From positions 64,001-128,000 of IMG/VR virus record IMGVR_UViG_3300047557_002951: a stretch of DNA of 64,000 bases. The stretch is one strand, 5' to 3'. The number at the start of each line of letters is the position of its first letter. Within the stretch, counting starts at the first letter, position 1. Positions 20,221-29,636 of this stretch are shown here, piece after piece. The notes under the pieces were generated by a model, which saw only the letters and a list, made by a program, of their open reading frames with translations, was not told the DNA's origin and did no database searches. Origin of the DNA: a virus. The position numbers were made by a program, and so were the translations under genes.

Positions 20221-21672
20221 ATGGCTGACAAAGTAAAATATATCTACGGTGAGCAATTTGCACAAAAATTACCAGGAAGTAATCAAAATTTTTATTTTAG
20301 AACAGTAACATCATATGAAGTAGATGGTAATGGAAAACCCATAGAAGGATCGGCACAAACTAATTTATATTATGCACCTAAACCTGCAGCAAGAACTTCT
20401 GACGGAAAAACATGGACTCCAGGAACTGCCGACTCCGCAGATAATTTTGATCAAGGCGGATGGGTTACTGCTGGAAAAACTCTTGATAATGGAAAATCTT
20501 ATGCGTTTTTGTTTTATACGCAACAAGATGCAGATCTTGGGAGAATTCCTCCAGGAAAAAAAGTCGGAGATGAAATTTTAGGAGCAACTACGCAACTGTC
20601 TTTAACTACAAGTGGTGGTAGGTTTTATGAGGCAGTACAAAACAACCTCATCAATCTTGCAGTAAATACTCAACCAGGACTTGCAAAAGTAGTTTCAGCA
20701 AAACAAGCAAATGTAGCAGCAGTTGCGCAAACCCAAACTCCAATAGACGCACCTTCTGTTCCGCTAGAAATTCCAGAAATAGAATCAGATAGCACAGAAA
20801 CAAATTACGAAGATCTAGTATACCCAACAAAGTTGAGAGATAATGGTCAAGATTTTATTCAATTCATTTCATATACTTATGGTGGCAGATCATTTTCACC
20901 TGGAGCTACTGGAGATTTATCTCTAGGAATCGGGGACAGAAAATTGAAAAAAACTAAAGGGTCAGTAACTTTACCAATTCAACCATCTATTATCGATACG
21001 AATAGTGTAGAATGGGGGAGCGAAAATTTGAATCCTGTGACGGCATTTGCTGCATCTCTTTCTTTTGGCACAATGAGCAATCCATCACAGGCATTCAATG
21101 AAGCTATAGAAACAGCCGATAGAGTATTGAGAGAAAATGCAAATATAAGCCCAGCCGCAAGATTATATTTTGCCGGAAAGGCAGTTGGCATAAATGGTTT
21201 ATTATCTAGAATTGGTGGAGGAATATTAAATCCAAATATGGAATTGTTGTTTCAAGGTCCACAATTAAGACCATTCACATTTACCTTCAAATTATCACCC
21301 AGAAACAGTAAAGAAGCAACTGAAGTAAAAAAAATCATAAGATACTTCAAGCAAAATATGTCAGTAAAAACAACTGCAGACAACATATTTTTGAAAGCAC
21401 CAAATGTATTCCAAATAAAATACATAGATGGAGAAACAAGAAAAGATCACACCTCACTCAATAGAATTAAGATGTGTGCATTACAAATTTGTAATGTAGA
21501 CTATACTCCAGATGGATCTTATATGACATTTAAAGACCCAGATAGTGGAAATCCCATGACATCTTATAGTTTAACATTGCAGTTCCAAGAACTAGAACCA
21601 GTAACAGAAAAGGATTACAAAGGAAAAGATATTGGTGGTCCAAATATACGAAATACAAACATAGGTTACTAA
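20221..21672 (+). CDS. gp48: Baseplate tail tube cap gp48
   Basis: ILNPNMELLFQGPQLRPFTFTFKLSPRN..EA..VKKII..FK; C.L....VDYTPDG...LQFQELEP; ATG at 20221. Confidence 0.88.
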   Translation: MADKVKYIYGEQFAQKLPGSNQNFYFRTVTSYEVDGNGKPIEGSAQTNLYYAPKPAARTSDGKTWTPGTADSADNFDQGGWVTAGKTLDNGKSYAFLFYTQQDADLGRIPPGKKVGDEILGATTQLSLTTSGGRFYEAVQNNLINLAVNTQPGLAKVVSAKQANVAAVAQTQTPIDAPSVPLEIPEIESDSTETNYEDLVYPTKLRDNGQDFIQFISYTYGGRSFSPGATGDLSLGIGDRKLKKTKGSVTLPIQPSIIDTNSVEWGSENLNPVTAFAASLSFGTMSNPSQAFNEAIETADRVLRENANISPAARLYFAGKAVGINGLLSRIGGGILNPNMELLFQGPQLRPFTFTFKLSPRNSKEATEVKKIIRYFKQNMSVKTTADNIFLKAPNVFQIKYIDGETRKDHTSLNRIKMCALQICNVDYTPDGSYMTFKDPDSGNPMTSYSLTLQFQELEPVTEKDYKGKDIGGPNIRNTNIGY

Positions 21673-21674
21673 AA

Positions 21675-22700
21675 ATGCCCTCATACTTCAGACAAGTTCC
21701 AGATTTCGAATATGTCAGCAGAGATCCTAATCAAAGGCAAATCTCAGAGTATGCGACTGTAAAAAATCTATTCCGTCGTGGTAAACTTCGTGAGGATATT
21801 TTTGGAAATCTATCATACTTCACCAAGTATAAAATCATTGGAGACGAAAGACCAGACAATGTTGCATACAAAATTTACAATGATGAAACTCTTGATTGGG
21901 TGATTCTATTATCTAATAATATACTCAACATTCAAACCGAATGGCCATTGCCACAATCTATATTTGATAAGGTACTACTCGAAAAGTATGATTCTTATGA
22001 TAAACTTTATAATGGAATACATCACTATGAAACAAAAGAAATCAGAGATAGCACTGGAAATCTGATTCTACCAAAAGGTATTAAAATGCCAAATCAATGG
22101 AAATCTGAAAATGGTTTTGTTGAAGGATATAGAGGCGTTGGTATTATATCAAGATTAATTTACCAAGGAGATGTTGAAGTAGTCATTGACCAAAACATAT
22201 TAGATCTGAAGCAGAATCTAATCATCACAATTCAAAATGCAGTTGATGATGCAATTAATGGATCTTTTGTAATCAAATCACTAGAAAGACGAGATACAAA
22301 TGGAGATGGAATTGACGATCAAGTGAGATTTAAGATTGACATTACAGAAACACCACCAACATCAGGAAATGGAATTGAGTTGCAAGTTACTGGAAGAGAA
22401 TCTATTGAATTTACTTCAAGTACACCATTACAACAATCAAATAATTATTTCTATGAATATTATGACAACAATTTACAAACTCAAATTCTCGTGACATCAG
22501 CTTCCATTTTAACTGAGATCACAAATTATGAATATGAAAGTCAGTTAGAAGATGACAAAAGAAATATTTTTGTTCTTAAGCCACAGTACTTGAATGTTGT
22601 GTTTAATGATATGGAAGAAATAATGAAATACAAAAAAGGTTCCACTCAATATGTGAGCAGAACCTTAAAGAGAGGAGATAATATCAGAATTTATTCTTAA
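21675..22700 (+). CDS. gp53: Baseplate wedge subunit gp53
   Basis: YF...P...Y...ERPDNVAYKIY....LDWVILLSNNI....EWP...IHHYET...NYEYE...D.KRNI.VLKP. Confidence 0.88.
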   Translation: MPSYFRQVPDFEYVSRDPNQRQISEYATVKNLFRRGKLREDIFGNLSYFTKYKIIGDERPDNVAYKIYNDETLDWVILLSNNILNIQTEWPLPQSIFDKVLLEKYDSYDKLYNGIHHYETKEIRDSTGNLILPKGIKMPNQWKSENGFVEGYRGVGIISRLIYQGDVEVVIDQNILDLKQNLIITIQNAVDDAINGSFVIKSLERRDTNGDGIDDQVRFKIDITETPPTSGNGIELQVTGRESIEFTSSTPLQQSNNYFYEYYDNNLQTQILVTSASILTEITNYEYESQLEDDKRNIFVLKPQYLNVVFNDMEEIMKYKKGSTQYVSRTLKRGDNIRIYS

Positions 22701-23350
22701 TCGCCTAAAACATAATCTAAGTGGGACTTTAGAACATCATAAGACTTAAATTGATCTGGTGCTTTCATTGAAGATAGTGAGTGTGCATTATTCATGATTT
22801 CTTCGGCATTAGCTTCTAATGGCTCAACTGGGCCAAAGTTTGATCGATCATACTGATGAGAACCATCTTTATCTTCAATATAGTAATTGAAATTACATCC
22901 TTCTTGTAGATCAAAAATATTTGTTTCAATATCTTTTTCGATGTCTGGATACATCAAATCTAAAATTTTTCTAAAGACAGTTCTACCATATTTCAGAATG
23001 AATACCTTACCATTATTATCTGAATTTGTAGAATCATCAATGACATAAATGTTGCTATAATAAGCAATCTTCATTTTTTGTTTTTTGACCGTATCTTTTG
23101 CTGCTTTCGCATTAGTGGCAAGAAGTTTTTGATTATACTCTGAAACTGGATCTGATTTCTTGATGTTTATTAAAGAGTTTTCTTCATATAAAATTCCGGT
23201 TGGGCCAAGAAACGAATAATAAAAAAGACTGATCCAGGGAAACTCATCTCCTTCAATTGTAGGTAGAAAGCGAATCGTAGCACGAAACTTTCCATCACTG
23301 TCCAATACTGGACTATAAAACTTTTCTTTTTTGATGCTTTTAAGTTTCAT
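22697..23350 (-). CDS. Second, divergent gp32-like ssDNA-binding protein (core only)
   Basis: ATIRFLP...ENSL....SDPVSEYN...YYSNIYVI.D....NNGKVFILKYG..VF.KI...FKSYD.LK; ATG at 23350 (track start 23374 lies in the upstream terminator). Confidence 0.8.
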   Translation of the reverse strand: MKLKSIKKEKFYSPVLDSDGKFRATIRFLPTIEGDEFPWISLFYYSFLGPTGILYEENSLINIKKSDPVSEYNQKLLATNAKAAKDTVKKQKMKIAYYSNIYVIDDSTNSDNNGKVFILKYGRTVFRKILDLMYPDIEKDIETNIFDLQEGCNFNYYIEDKDGSHQYDRSNFGPVEPLEANAEEIMNNAHSLSSMKAPDQFKSYDVLKSHLDYVLGD

Positions 23351-23359
23351 GAGAATAAG

Positions 23360-23388
23360 AAAATGGGGAGCCAAAAGACTCCCCGAAA
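23360..23388 (-). terminator. Terminator after gp32
   Basis: GGGGAG-loop-CTCCCC hairpin followed by T-rich tract on minus strand. Confidence 0.7.
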
Positions 23389-23391
23389 GAA

Positions 23392-24312
23392 TTACTGAGC
23401 TAGCTTACTAAAGTATGCCATGGCATCGTCTTCATCTTCATCAGTTTCTACAGCAGCAGAAGACTTACTACGAGAATAAGACTCTTCGAGTTCCTTCATA
23501 ATATCGCTTTCTACTGATTGCACCAGAGATTCAAGTTGTGCTTCTTGTTCTTGTGCCTCTAGTGAGGCTGGCTTAGAACCAAGAACATAGTTAAGGCGCT
23601 TTTCAAGTTCTTCTGGTGTTTTGATCTTATCTCGTGAAATAAGCTCTTGTAGAGAATGTTCACTCTTCCACAGTGCTTCTAGTTCCTCATCATCTCCACC
23701 TAGAAGTGCAGATGGAGATTCAAATACACTATCATCATAATTTGGATAACCAGCAACTTGCTTTACACGAAGTCGGAAGTTTGCACCAGCCCACAGATCA
23801 AAGGGATCAATGACTGGATCATCTTCAAATTCTGGTTTCATCGATGCTTTGATCTTATCAAATACCTTAGCACCAAATCGGAAGATTTTAACCTGACCTT
23901 CTAGAGAAGGATCTGCGGGATTACTCACAATGTAAACATTTGCATAATAGCTGAGTTTACGCTTACGAGCACGAGCAACTTCTTTGTCAGAATCTAAACC
24001 AGAGTTCCACAATTCTCCATTTGAGCGACATACACAGCACTCTTCCCCAAGTGTAGTTGGACAATTTTCGATGAACCAACGACCATTGACCTGAAAGCCA
24101 TGATTATAAAGTTTTACGAAAGGTAGATCCTCATTTGGAGGAGCTGGAAGAAATCGAATCACAGCACGGCCATTGCCTGCTTTATCGGTTTCTAGTTTAA
24201 AGAGATTAGGATTATCATTGGAATTATTTCCCCCCATCTTTTCTGCTTCCTTGATTAGCTTTTCAGTTAGGCTACCAAGAGAAGATTGTTTCTTGAGATC
24301 TTTGAAATTCAT
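23392..24312 (-). CDS. gp32: Single-stranded DNA-binding protein gp32
   Basis: DKAGNG.AVIRFLPA...HGF...ENCPTT...CCVC Zn site, KRKLSYYAN, acidic tail DEDEDDAMAYFSKLA. Confidence 0.95.
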   Translation of the reverse strand: MNFKDLKKQSSLGSLTEKLIKEAEKMGGNNSNDNPNLFKLETDKAGNGRAVIRFLPAPPNEDLPFVKLYNHGFQVNGRWFIENCPTTLGEECCVCRSNGELWNSGLDSDKEVARARKRKLSYYANVYIVSNPADPSLEGQVKIFRFGAKVFDKIKASMKPEFEDDPVIDPFDLWAGANFRLRVKQVAGYPNYDDSVFESPSALLGGDDEELEALWKSEHSLQELISRDKIKTPEELEKRLNYVLGSKPASLEAQEQEAQLESLVQSVESDIMKELEESYSRSKSSAAVETDEDEDDAMAYFSKLAQ

Positions 24313-24385
24313 GTTACGATTGATACGATTGATAGTTTAGGCGGCTTTAGGGTTCCCAAGCCCAGGAGAGTATTATAGCACAGGC

Positions 24386-24718
24386 TCAGTCGTCTTGCAA
24401 CTGCTGTTTTGAGTCTCGTATGAGATTGGTCATATTCTGAAAAACATCACCAATCTTCATATGTGGGGCTAACCCAAGCAACTGCATTGATTCATCCAAT
24501 CGAGTTTTCATCTCAATTGCCTTGGAATCATCGGATAAACTTAGTCTTGCATAAAGAACTCTTTGTTTATCTAATAATTGCTCTAACATTTCTATATGCT
24601 CTAGCTTCTCTTCTTTTGACATATTTTCAAAAGAAAGCATAGTAGAAGATATTCTTTCCTGAAGAAATCCGATTTCTTTCAATTCGTTCTGGACAATATC
24701 AGAATCAAAAAATGTCAC
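24386..24718 (-). CDS. DUF1825-family cyanophage protein
   Basis: FFDSDIVQ.EL...LL.KQR..YARLSLSDD. Confidence 0.75.
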   Translation of the reverse strand: MTFFDSDIVQNELKEIGFLQERISSTMLSFENMSKEEKLEHIEMLEQLLDKQRVLYARLSLSDDSKAIEMKTRLDESMQLLGLAPHMKIGDVFQNMTNLIRDSKQQLQDD

Positions 24719-25314
24719 AGCAAAACTTTTCTTATGATGTTCTTGTATTTATCTAGATCAAGCTTTAAAAATGGAGAATAATTTTTGATCTTCTTTGAAA
24801 CAATTTCCCAAATAGGATCAATAAGTTTCTCATCAAATTTTCCACTGAAGTGAATAATCTGATCTAATACTACTAAAGTTTCCAATGTTAGTTTACCGGA
24901 AAGATACTCTTTCAGTAATTTTGGGTGCTTCCCGCCATCAATCTTTAAATAATCTAGAAAGTTATTCCCAGCAAATACATCTCTTAGATCAGTTTCAAAA
25001 ACATAAGTTAAAGACTGTCGTTTCTTTTTCCATTCTAAGTATTGTTCATTTCCATTCTTTATGATATCACCAATCCACAAGGAAGATGGATCAGTTGCAG
25101 CAATAAAATTGGAAACAAAGAAGTCTACGACTTCATCATCCTTTTTTTGTCTTGATAGCTTTTCAAAAAAGAGTCTGTCTTTTCTCTTATGAAATGCATC
25201 AATAGAAGCCTTGATTTTTCCATTATATTTGTGGAAATCATAATTGTCACTGGAAAAGTGGCGCTTTAGAGCAAGATAAGTTTTAAAGGTTTCATGTGGT
25301 GTCACTTTACTCAT
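24715..25314 (-). CDS. gp59: Helicase loader gp59
   Basis: YLALKRHF....YDFHKYNGK......F.KRKD..FFEKLS. Confidence 0.9.
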   Translation of the reverse strand: MSKVTPHETFKTYLALKRHFSSDNYDFHKYNGKIKASIDAFHKRKDRLFFEKLSRQKKDDEVVDFFVSNFIAATDPSSLWIGDIIKNGNEQYLEWKKKRQSLTYVFETDLRDVFAGNNFLDYLKIDGGKHPKLLKEYLSGKLTLETLVVLDQIIHFSGKFDEKLIDPIWEIVSKKIKNYSPFLKLDLDKYKNIIRKVLL

Positions 25315-25574
25315 ATGGGGAGTTTTGCTTTAGAACTTTGCTTCAGAAAATTCAATTCGATTGCATCACATCTCAGTTTTTCTTTGAGTGGTTTAGTGAT
25401 TAACTTTGAGATGGATTCTACATCAAGACCATTAGATTCACAATAGTGGACAATGGCACTAATATAATTGTGCTCTGGCTCATTTTGTACCAAACTTTCA
25501 ATTTCTTGTGCGAATTTATCTTGACATAAGAACTTCTTTTGAAATTCTTTTTTGAGTTCATCGGAGTGATTCAT
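25311..25574 (-). CDS. gp33: Late promoter transcription accessory protein gp33
   Basis: F...IE..V......YI.AIV.YCE......ESI.KLI.KPLKEKL..DA..LNFLK. Confidence 0.9.
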   Translation of the reverse strand: MNHSDELKKEFQKKFLCQDKFAQEIESLVQNEPEHNYISAIVHYCESNGLDVESISKLITKPLKEKLRCDAIELNFLKQSSKAKLPI

Positions 25575-26286
25575 ATTCTTTTAGTTTATCCTGAGTGAAT
25601 TTTTTTACATATTTTACGAGAAGGCGAATGTATTTTTCAACATCGGTTTCAATATAAGTCACCACTTCACCATTTTCACATGCCATAATAATAACTAACT
25701 GTTCAACTTCTCTGCCAGTTAATTCTTTAAGCATAAACGCATAAGCTGCAGCCTGAACAAAATAATTTTCGATCCATTCTCGTGGTTTTGGTTTTTCTGA
25801 TGACTTATAGTCAATAACACTTAGTCTACTTTCGTAATCAGCAATTGTATCAACTGTTCCAGCAATTTTGAAGTAATCACTATAAAGAGAACGCTCAATT
25901 GCAATGATATTATCAATTTTGTCTAATTCAGTTTTTGCAACATCAAAGAGAAACTTAGGAAGAGGAGTAGATTCTGGAAGCTCTTCATTGAGTAAGTAAT
26001 TTTCAATGAGTGAGTGCATTGCTGTTCCACGATTTGTGGATGCTTTCGTAATGCGGTTTGCTTCTTCTTCTCCTACTCTCTTCCTCCAACTAATAAACTT
26101 TTCTTTATTATAATGTGATGTAACAGAAGTGACTGAAACGAATTTTTTTAGTTCTGTTTCTCCTGGAATTTTATAATAACGAACTCCATCAATTGTTTCT
26201 CGTTCAAGATTTGGCAGATTGATTTCAATATGATTGAACTTTTTAGCTTTTTTTATGCTTTGTAATTTTAATCCAAAGGTTCCCAT
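25558..26286 (-). CDS. PD-(D/E)XK exonuclease
   Basis: SVTSV...WRKRVGEEEA...RGT.MH...E..LYS....AGTVD......VIDYKSS...YFVQ..AY. Confidence 0.88.
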   Translation of the reverse strand: MGTFGLKLQSIKKAKKFNHIEINLPNLERETIDGVRYYKIPGETELKKFVSVTSVTSHYNKEKFISWRKRVGEEEANRITKASTNRGTAMHSLIENYLLNEELPESTPLPKFLFDVAKTELDKIDNIIAIERSLYSDYFKIAGTVDTIADYESRLSVIDYKSSEKPKPREWIENYFVQAAAYAFMLKELTGREVEQLVIIMACENGEVVTYIETDVEKYIRLLVKYVKKFTQDKLKEYESLR

Positions 26287-26941
26287 TTTTAATTTTAGTT
26301 ACATGTCCTTGTCTGATTCCAAACATTTTACCAATTTCCTTTTGTGTAAGTTCCCCCTCCCAAGCAAGTCTGTATATTTCTAAAATTTGTTCTTCTGTCA
26401 GCTTGCTTCTTGGGTGAGTTGCACCTGGAAATCTTTGTTTGAGTTTTTCTATAGTTTCCGGCGAAAATTTTGTTCCTAGTCTTTTTTGTCTGATTTTTTC
26501 TTTAGTTTCTTCTGTATGGGTTCTCCCATAAAAATGGGCATTTTCACCACTAAAATTTTCACTCAAATATCTTTTATATTCTTCTGGTTGACTTCTCCCA
26601 TACATTCCATTTTTTTCTCCTTTTACTCTATCACTTAATATTTTGGATCCTTTTAGTAATTTATTTGGGTTATTAATACTAGAAAACCCAGTTGGATTTT
26701 CGTTGAAATTCATACATTTTGGATCGTTTATGTGCTGGGAAATGTATTCTTTCTCTTTTTCTAGCAGTTCATCAAATGTTTCACAAAATACTATTATGTC
26801 TCTCTTTAGTGTAGATTTATCTTTAATAGATCTAACCCATTTCCCACTGCCAAAATAACCATCGTCAATCCTTAAAGTGCTATGTCTACCATAATAATAA
26901 AGTCCGGATTGTGAGTAGGTTTTGTATATAAAATGATACAT
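26243..26941 (-). mobile_element. Free-standing GIY-YIG (Seg-like) homing endonuclease with NUMOD3-type repeats
   Basis: FIYKT......YYYGRHS....DDGYFGSG; GEKNGMYG, FYGRTHTEETKEKI repeats; C-terminal HTH. Confidence 0.85.
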
Positions 26942-26989
26942 AAAACTAGCGAAAGAGTATATTATATATACTCCTTTACTAGTCTCTAA

Positions 26990-27751
26990 TTACAAACCCA
27001 ACGACTTTTTAGCGATTACAAACTCCCGGACCAAAGGAGAACGAATAATATCATCGACACCAAACTCAATTTTTTCAAACGAAGGCATTACATCAACAAT
27101 TCTAAGAAAATCAACGATTCCATTTTTCTCACTTAGTTTAACTAAATCACTTTGTTCGGCATCGCCAGCAAACATAATCTTTGTGTCCATACCACACCTA
27201 GAAATTACAGAGAAGCATTCATGTCCAGAGCAGTTTTGTGCCTCGTCAACGATAATGATACAGTTATCAAGGGTTACACCACGAATGAATGATGTACACC
27301 AGAAGCTTATGGTTTCTTGAGATTTTAGATTCCCATAAAGCATTTCGAAATCATCGTCCGATGGCAATTGGAACATGTATTTTACCATGTTCTTATATGG
27401 AATTTCGAAAAGTGATTTCTTGTCCTCTTCTTTGCCAGGGAGGAACCCGATCTCACGAGTCTGAACAAGAGACCTTACGATGTAAATTTTTTCATAAGGA
27501 CTCCTCTCATTTAAGACTTCTTTCAGTGCTTTATAGAGAAGGATAAAAGTTTTTCCACTACCAGGAACCCCATGAGCGAATATATTTTTACCTTCATCAT
27601 AATAATCAAATAATTTCCTTTGATTATCTGTTAATGGCTGAATGTCTAAAAGTAGATCCGAATTGATCGGTTTCTTTCTTTTCATTTGCTTCGCGGTCAT
27701 ACCAACTCCGATTGGTTGATAATCATCTGATGTTCTTTTCCTTCTTGCCAT
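26990..27751 (-). CDS. phoH: PhoH-family ATPase
   Basis: G.PGSGKTF, REIGFLPG, SFIRG.TLDN.IIIVDEAQN, GD..QSDL. Confidence 0.93.
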   Translation of the reverse strand: MARRKRTSDDYQPIGVGMTAKQMKRKKPINSDLLLDIQPLTDNQRKLFDYYDEGKNIFAHGVPGSGKTFILLYKALKEVLNERSPYEKIYIVRSLVQTREIGFLPGKEEDKKSLFEIPYKNMVKYMFQLPSDDDFEMLYGNLKSQETISFWCTSFIRGVTLDNCIIIVDEAQNCSGHECFSVISRCGMDTKIMFAGDAEQSDLVKLSEKNGIVDFLRIVDVMPSFEKIEFGVDDIIRSPLVREFVIAKKSLGL

Positions 27752-27754
27752 GTA

Positions 27755-28018
27755 TCAATATTGCATTTTTGACTTACTTCCGCCGGATTTATCGGCTTTC
27801 TTTAAAATTTCACCCCAACCTGGATGCTTATTAGTCAGGCGATTTTTCCAATCGCCCACTTCACCAGGACTCGCACATCCTTCACTCCAATCACGCTGCC
27901 ACTGAGGGTTTTCTTCATACCATTGCTGAATGTCATGGACACTCATTTGGATAATTTTTTTTTCTCCAGTCTCTTTATTAATAATTGGATATATTGCCAA
28001 AATCAAATCTCCATACAT
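27755..28018 (-). CDS. Conserved cyanophage hypothetical protein
   Basis: YPIINKETGE......MSV.....W...NP.WQRDWS.G. Confidence 0.65.
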   Translation of the reverse strand: MYGDLILAIYPIINKETGEKKIIQMSVHDIQQWYEENPQWQRDWSEGCASPGEVGDWKNRLTNKHPGWGEILKKADKSGGSKSKMQY

Positions 28019-28027
28019 TTCTTATAT

Positions 28028-28186
28028 TTATTCGATGCAAATCGATGGTGCATCATCACACTCGGAGCAATCCACACATTCGTCCATATCTGGATTTTTA
28101 TTTAAAAAATCTTGGAATTGTTCCTCTGTCAATAATATTTTAAATATGTGACCAGTAAGATGATCTTTTACACACCAGGATTTCAT
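28028..28186 (-). CDS. Small Cys-rich protein (52 aa)
   Basis: Missed by ORF track: MKSWCVKDHLTGHIFKILLTEEQFQDFLNKNPDMDECVDCSECDDAPSICIE; fills the gap after thyX. Confidence 0.65.
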   Translation of the reverse strand: MKSWCVKDHLTGHIFKILLTEEQFQDFLNKNPDMDECVDCSECDDAPSICIE

Positions 28187-28191
28187 AGTTT

Positions 28192-28944
28192 TTATGGTGA
28201 TAGTTTTGCTCTATGTAGACGCTTCTCCTCATAATATTTCCAGACATTAGGTGCCCATCGCTCAAGTAATGGAGCGAATTGCTCGCAGAGGGCTTGAATT
28301 TCAAGTTGAGCATCCATTTTTGCCCTCAGATCCATAAGATGCAAAACAGATCGAAGATTGAAAGAGACTACAAAATTTTGACGGATTGCTTGTGCAAGAT
28401 AATCACGAATATGTTCCTCACACATTCCTTTTTCATATTTCACTGCATACCGTTTACAACCCTCTACAATCCAATTCAGTTCATCCTGATAATCTTCCAA
28501 AGTCCAATCATATTTTTTACCATATCGATTGGTATAAAATCCAGGAGGGCGAACATAAAACACATCTTCTGGTTTTAGTTCACCGTTAGCAACTTTAATA
28601 ACTCGTTTGCCAGTATATCGCTGAGATTGAACATCAAAAGTCACCCCCACTCGATGTGTTCTTGCTTGCATTGCGACATTGTGGACATATCCAGAAACTG
28701 AAAAAGTAATCGCTGGATGTTCTAGTGGTCCCCAATGTCCTTTGTCATTCCCAAGAAGTCGATCAACTACCCACACACCACATTCACTTGGAGTTGGAAT
28801 TTTTTGATTGTGAATAGAAGTCTCAGAATAATCACATTTTCCAGCTTGATAAATTACTTGTTCTGGAAGAGGATAGCATTGAAGCATCACTACCTCAAGA
28901 TTTTTATCAAGTTCAAGTAAGTCTTTTGCTTTAACTGGTTTCAT
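28192..28944 (-). CDS. thyX: FAD-dependent thymidylate synthase
   Basis: GHWGPLEH, QARTHR...FDVQSQRY, NLRS..H..DLR....AQ.EI. Confidence 0.93.
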   Translation of the reverse strand: MKPVKAKDLLELDKNLEVVMLQCYPLPEQVIYQAGKCDYSETSIHNQKIPTPSECGVWVVDRLLGNDKGHWGPLEHPAITFSVSGYVHNVAMQARTHRVGVTFDVQSQRYTGKRVIKVANGELKPEDVFYVRPPGFYTNRYGKKYDWTLEDYQDELNWIVEGCKRYAVKYEKGMCEEHIRDYLAQAIRQNFVVSFNLRSVLHLMDLRAKMDAQLEIQALCEQFAPLLERWAPNVWKYYEEKRLHRAKLSP

Positions 28945-29129
28945 ACATCAATCTCCCATGTTTCCTTTTCTTTTTTACGAAGTTTTTTAAGTTCTTTCAT
29001 CATTTCTTTAATTTCCTGATATGCCACCTCAGGAGACATTTTATCCCCAACTTCAAGACCCACAATATATTGCACTTTATCACCAAAGCGTGCTAGTGCT
29101 CTTTCAAATTCAGTTAAAGTTTCGTACAT
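28941..29129 (-). CDS. Conserved cyanophage hypothetical protein
   Basis: FERALARFGDKV..IVGLE...K.SPE.AYQEIK. Confidence 0.7.
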   Translation of the reverse strand: MYETLTEFERALARFGDKVQYIVGLEVGDKMSPEVAYQEIKEMMKELKKLRKKEKETWEIDV

Positions 29130-29302
29130 TATTCCTCATGATAATCTGGTTCATAAGTATCTATCAGATCCACAGAAGGAGAAATCAGATCCTCAAGCTT
29201 TACAATGTTGCTCTGTTTTTCTTCTTCTTCCATTTCTAGCTTAAGAAATTCAATCAAAAGCTCCATGTTTTTGATAATCAAATTTATTTTCTGTTTATTC
29301 AT
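29129..29302 (-). CDS. Hypothetical protein (57 aa)
   Basis: Missed by ORF track: MNKQKINLIIKNMELLIEFLKLEMEEEE...; stop overlaps next ATG; promoter just upstream. Confidence 0.7.
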   Translation of the reverse strand: MNKQKINLIIKNMELLIEFLKLEMEEEEKQSNIVKLEDLISPSVDLIDTYEPDYHEE

Positions 29303-29325
29303 GTAGCCATATCGGGTACATAATC

Positions 29326-29363
29326 ATTATACAGAAAAAAAGGTGGGCTGTCAACCCACCTTT
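29326..29363 (-). terminator. Terminator hairpin that also contains a sigma70 promoter
   Basis: AAAGGTGGG-TTGACAG-CCCACCTTTTTT; TTGACA (29349-54) 17 nt from TATAAT (29326-31). Confidence 0.75.
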
Positions 29364-29368
29364 GAATA

Positions 29369-29470
29369 TTATGCAATCTGAGGCTTTTTGGCCATATTCA
29401 GTTGCGCAGCTAGAAGAAGCTTTTCTTTTTTTGCTTTCTTCTTAAGATAACGAACAAAATAAGAATTCAT
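29369..29470 (-). CDS. Small basic protein (33 aa) downstream of DUF4278 gene
   Basis: MNSYFVRYLKKKAKKEKLLLAAQLNMAKKPQIA; ATG 1 nt after upstream stop, GGAGG SD. Confidence 0.6.
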   Translation of the reverse strand: MNSYFVRYLKKKAKKEKLLLAAQLNMAKKPQIA

Positions 29471-29471
29471 C

Positions 29472-29606
29472 TCACTTTTCCTCCTTTACGAATTTGATTC
29501 CGCGATAGGTTTCATTATATTGTTGTGGTTGTTGTTGGGCTTGTTGTTGAGCCTGACGACGAACTTCGGTGTCATACTCAACACCCCTGTAAACTACTTT
29601 AGACAT
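29472..29606 (-). CDS. DUF4278-family small protein (44 aa)
   Basis: Missed by ORF track: MSKVVYRGVEYDTEVRRQAQQQAQQQPQQYNETYRGIKFVKEEK; two YRG(V/I) motifs; AAGGAG SD. Confidence 0.85.
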   Translation of the reverse strand: MSKVVYRGVEYDTEVRRQAQQQAQQQPQQYNETYRGIKFVKEEK

Positions 29607-29636
29607 TTGCGTTGCTCCTTTACTGCATGTAAATTT

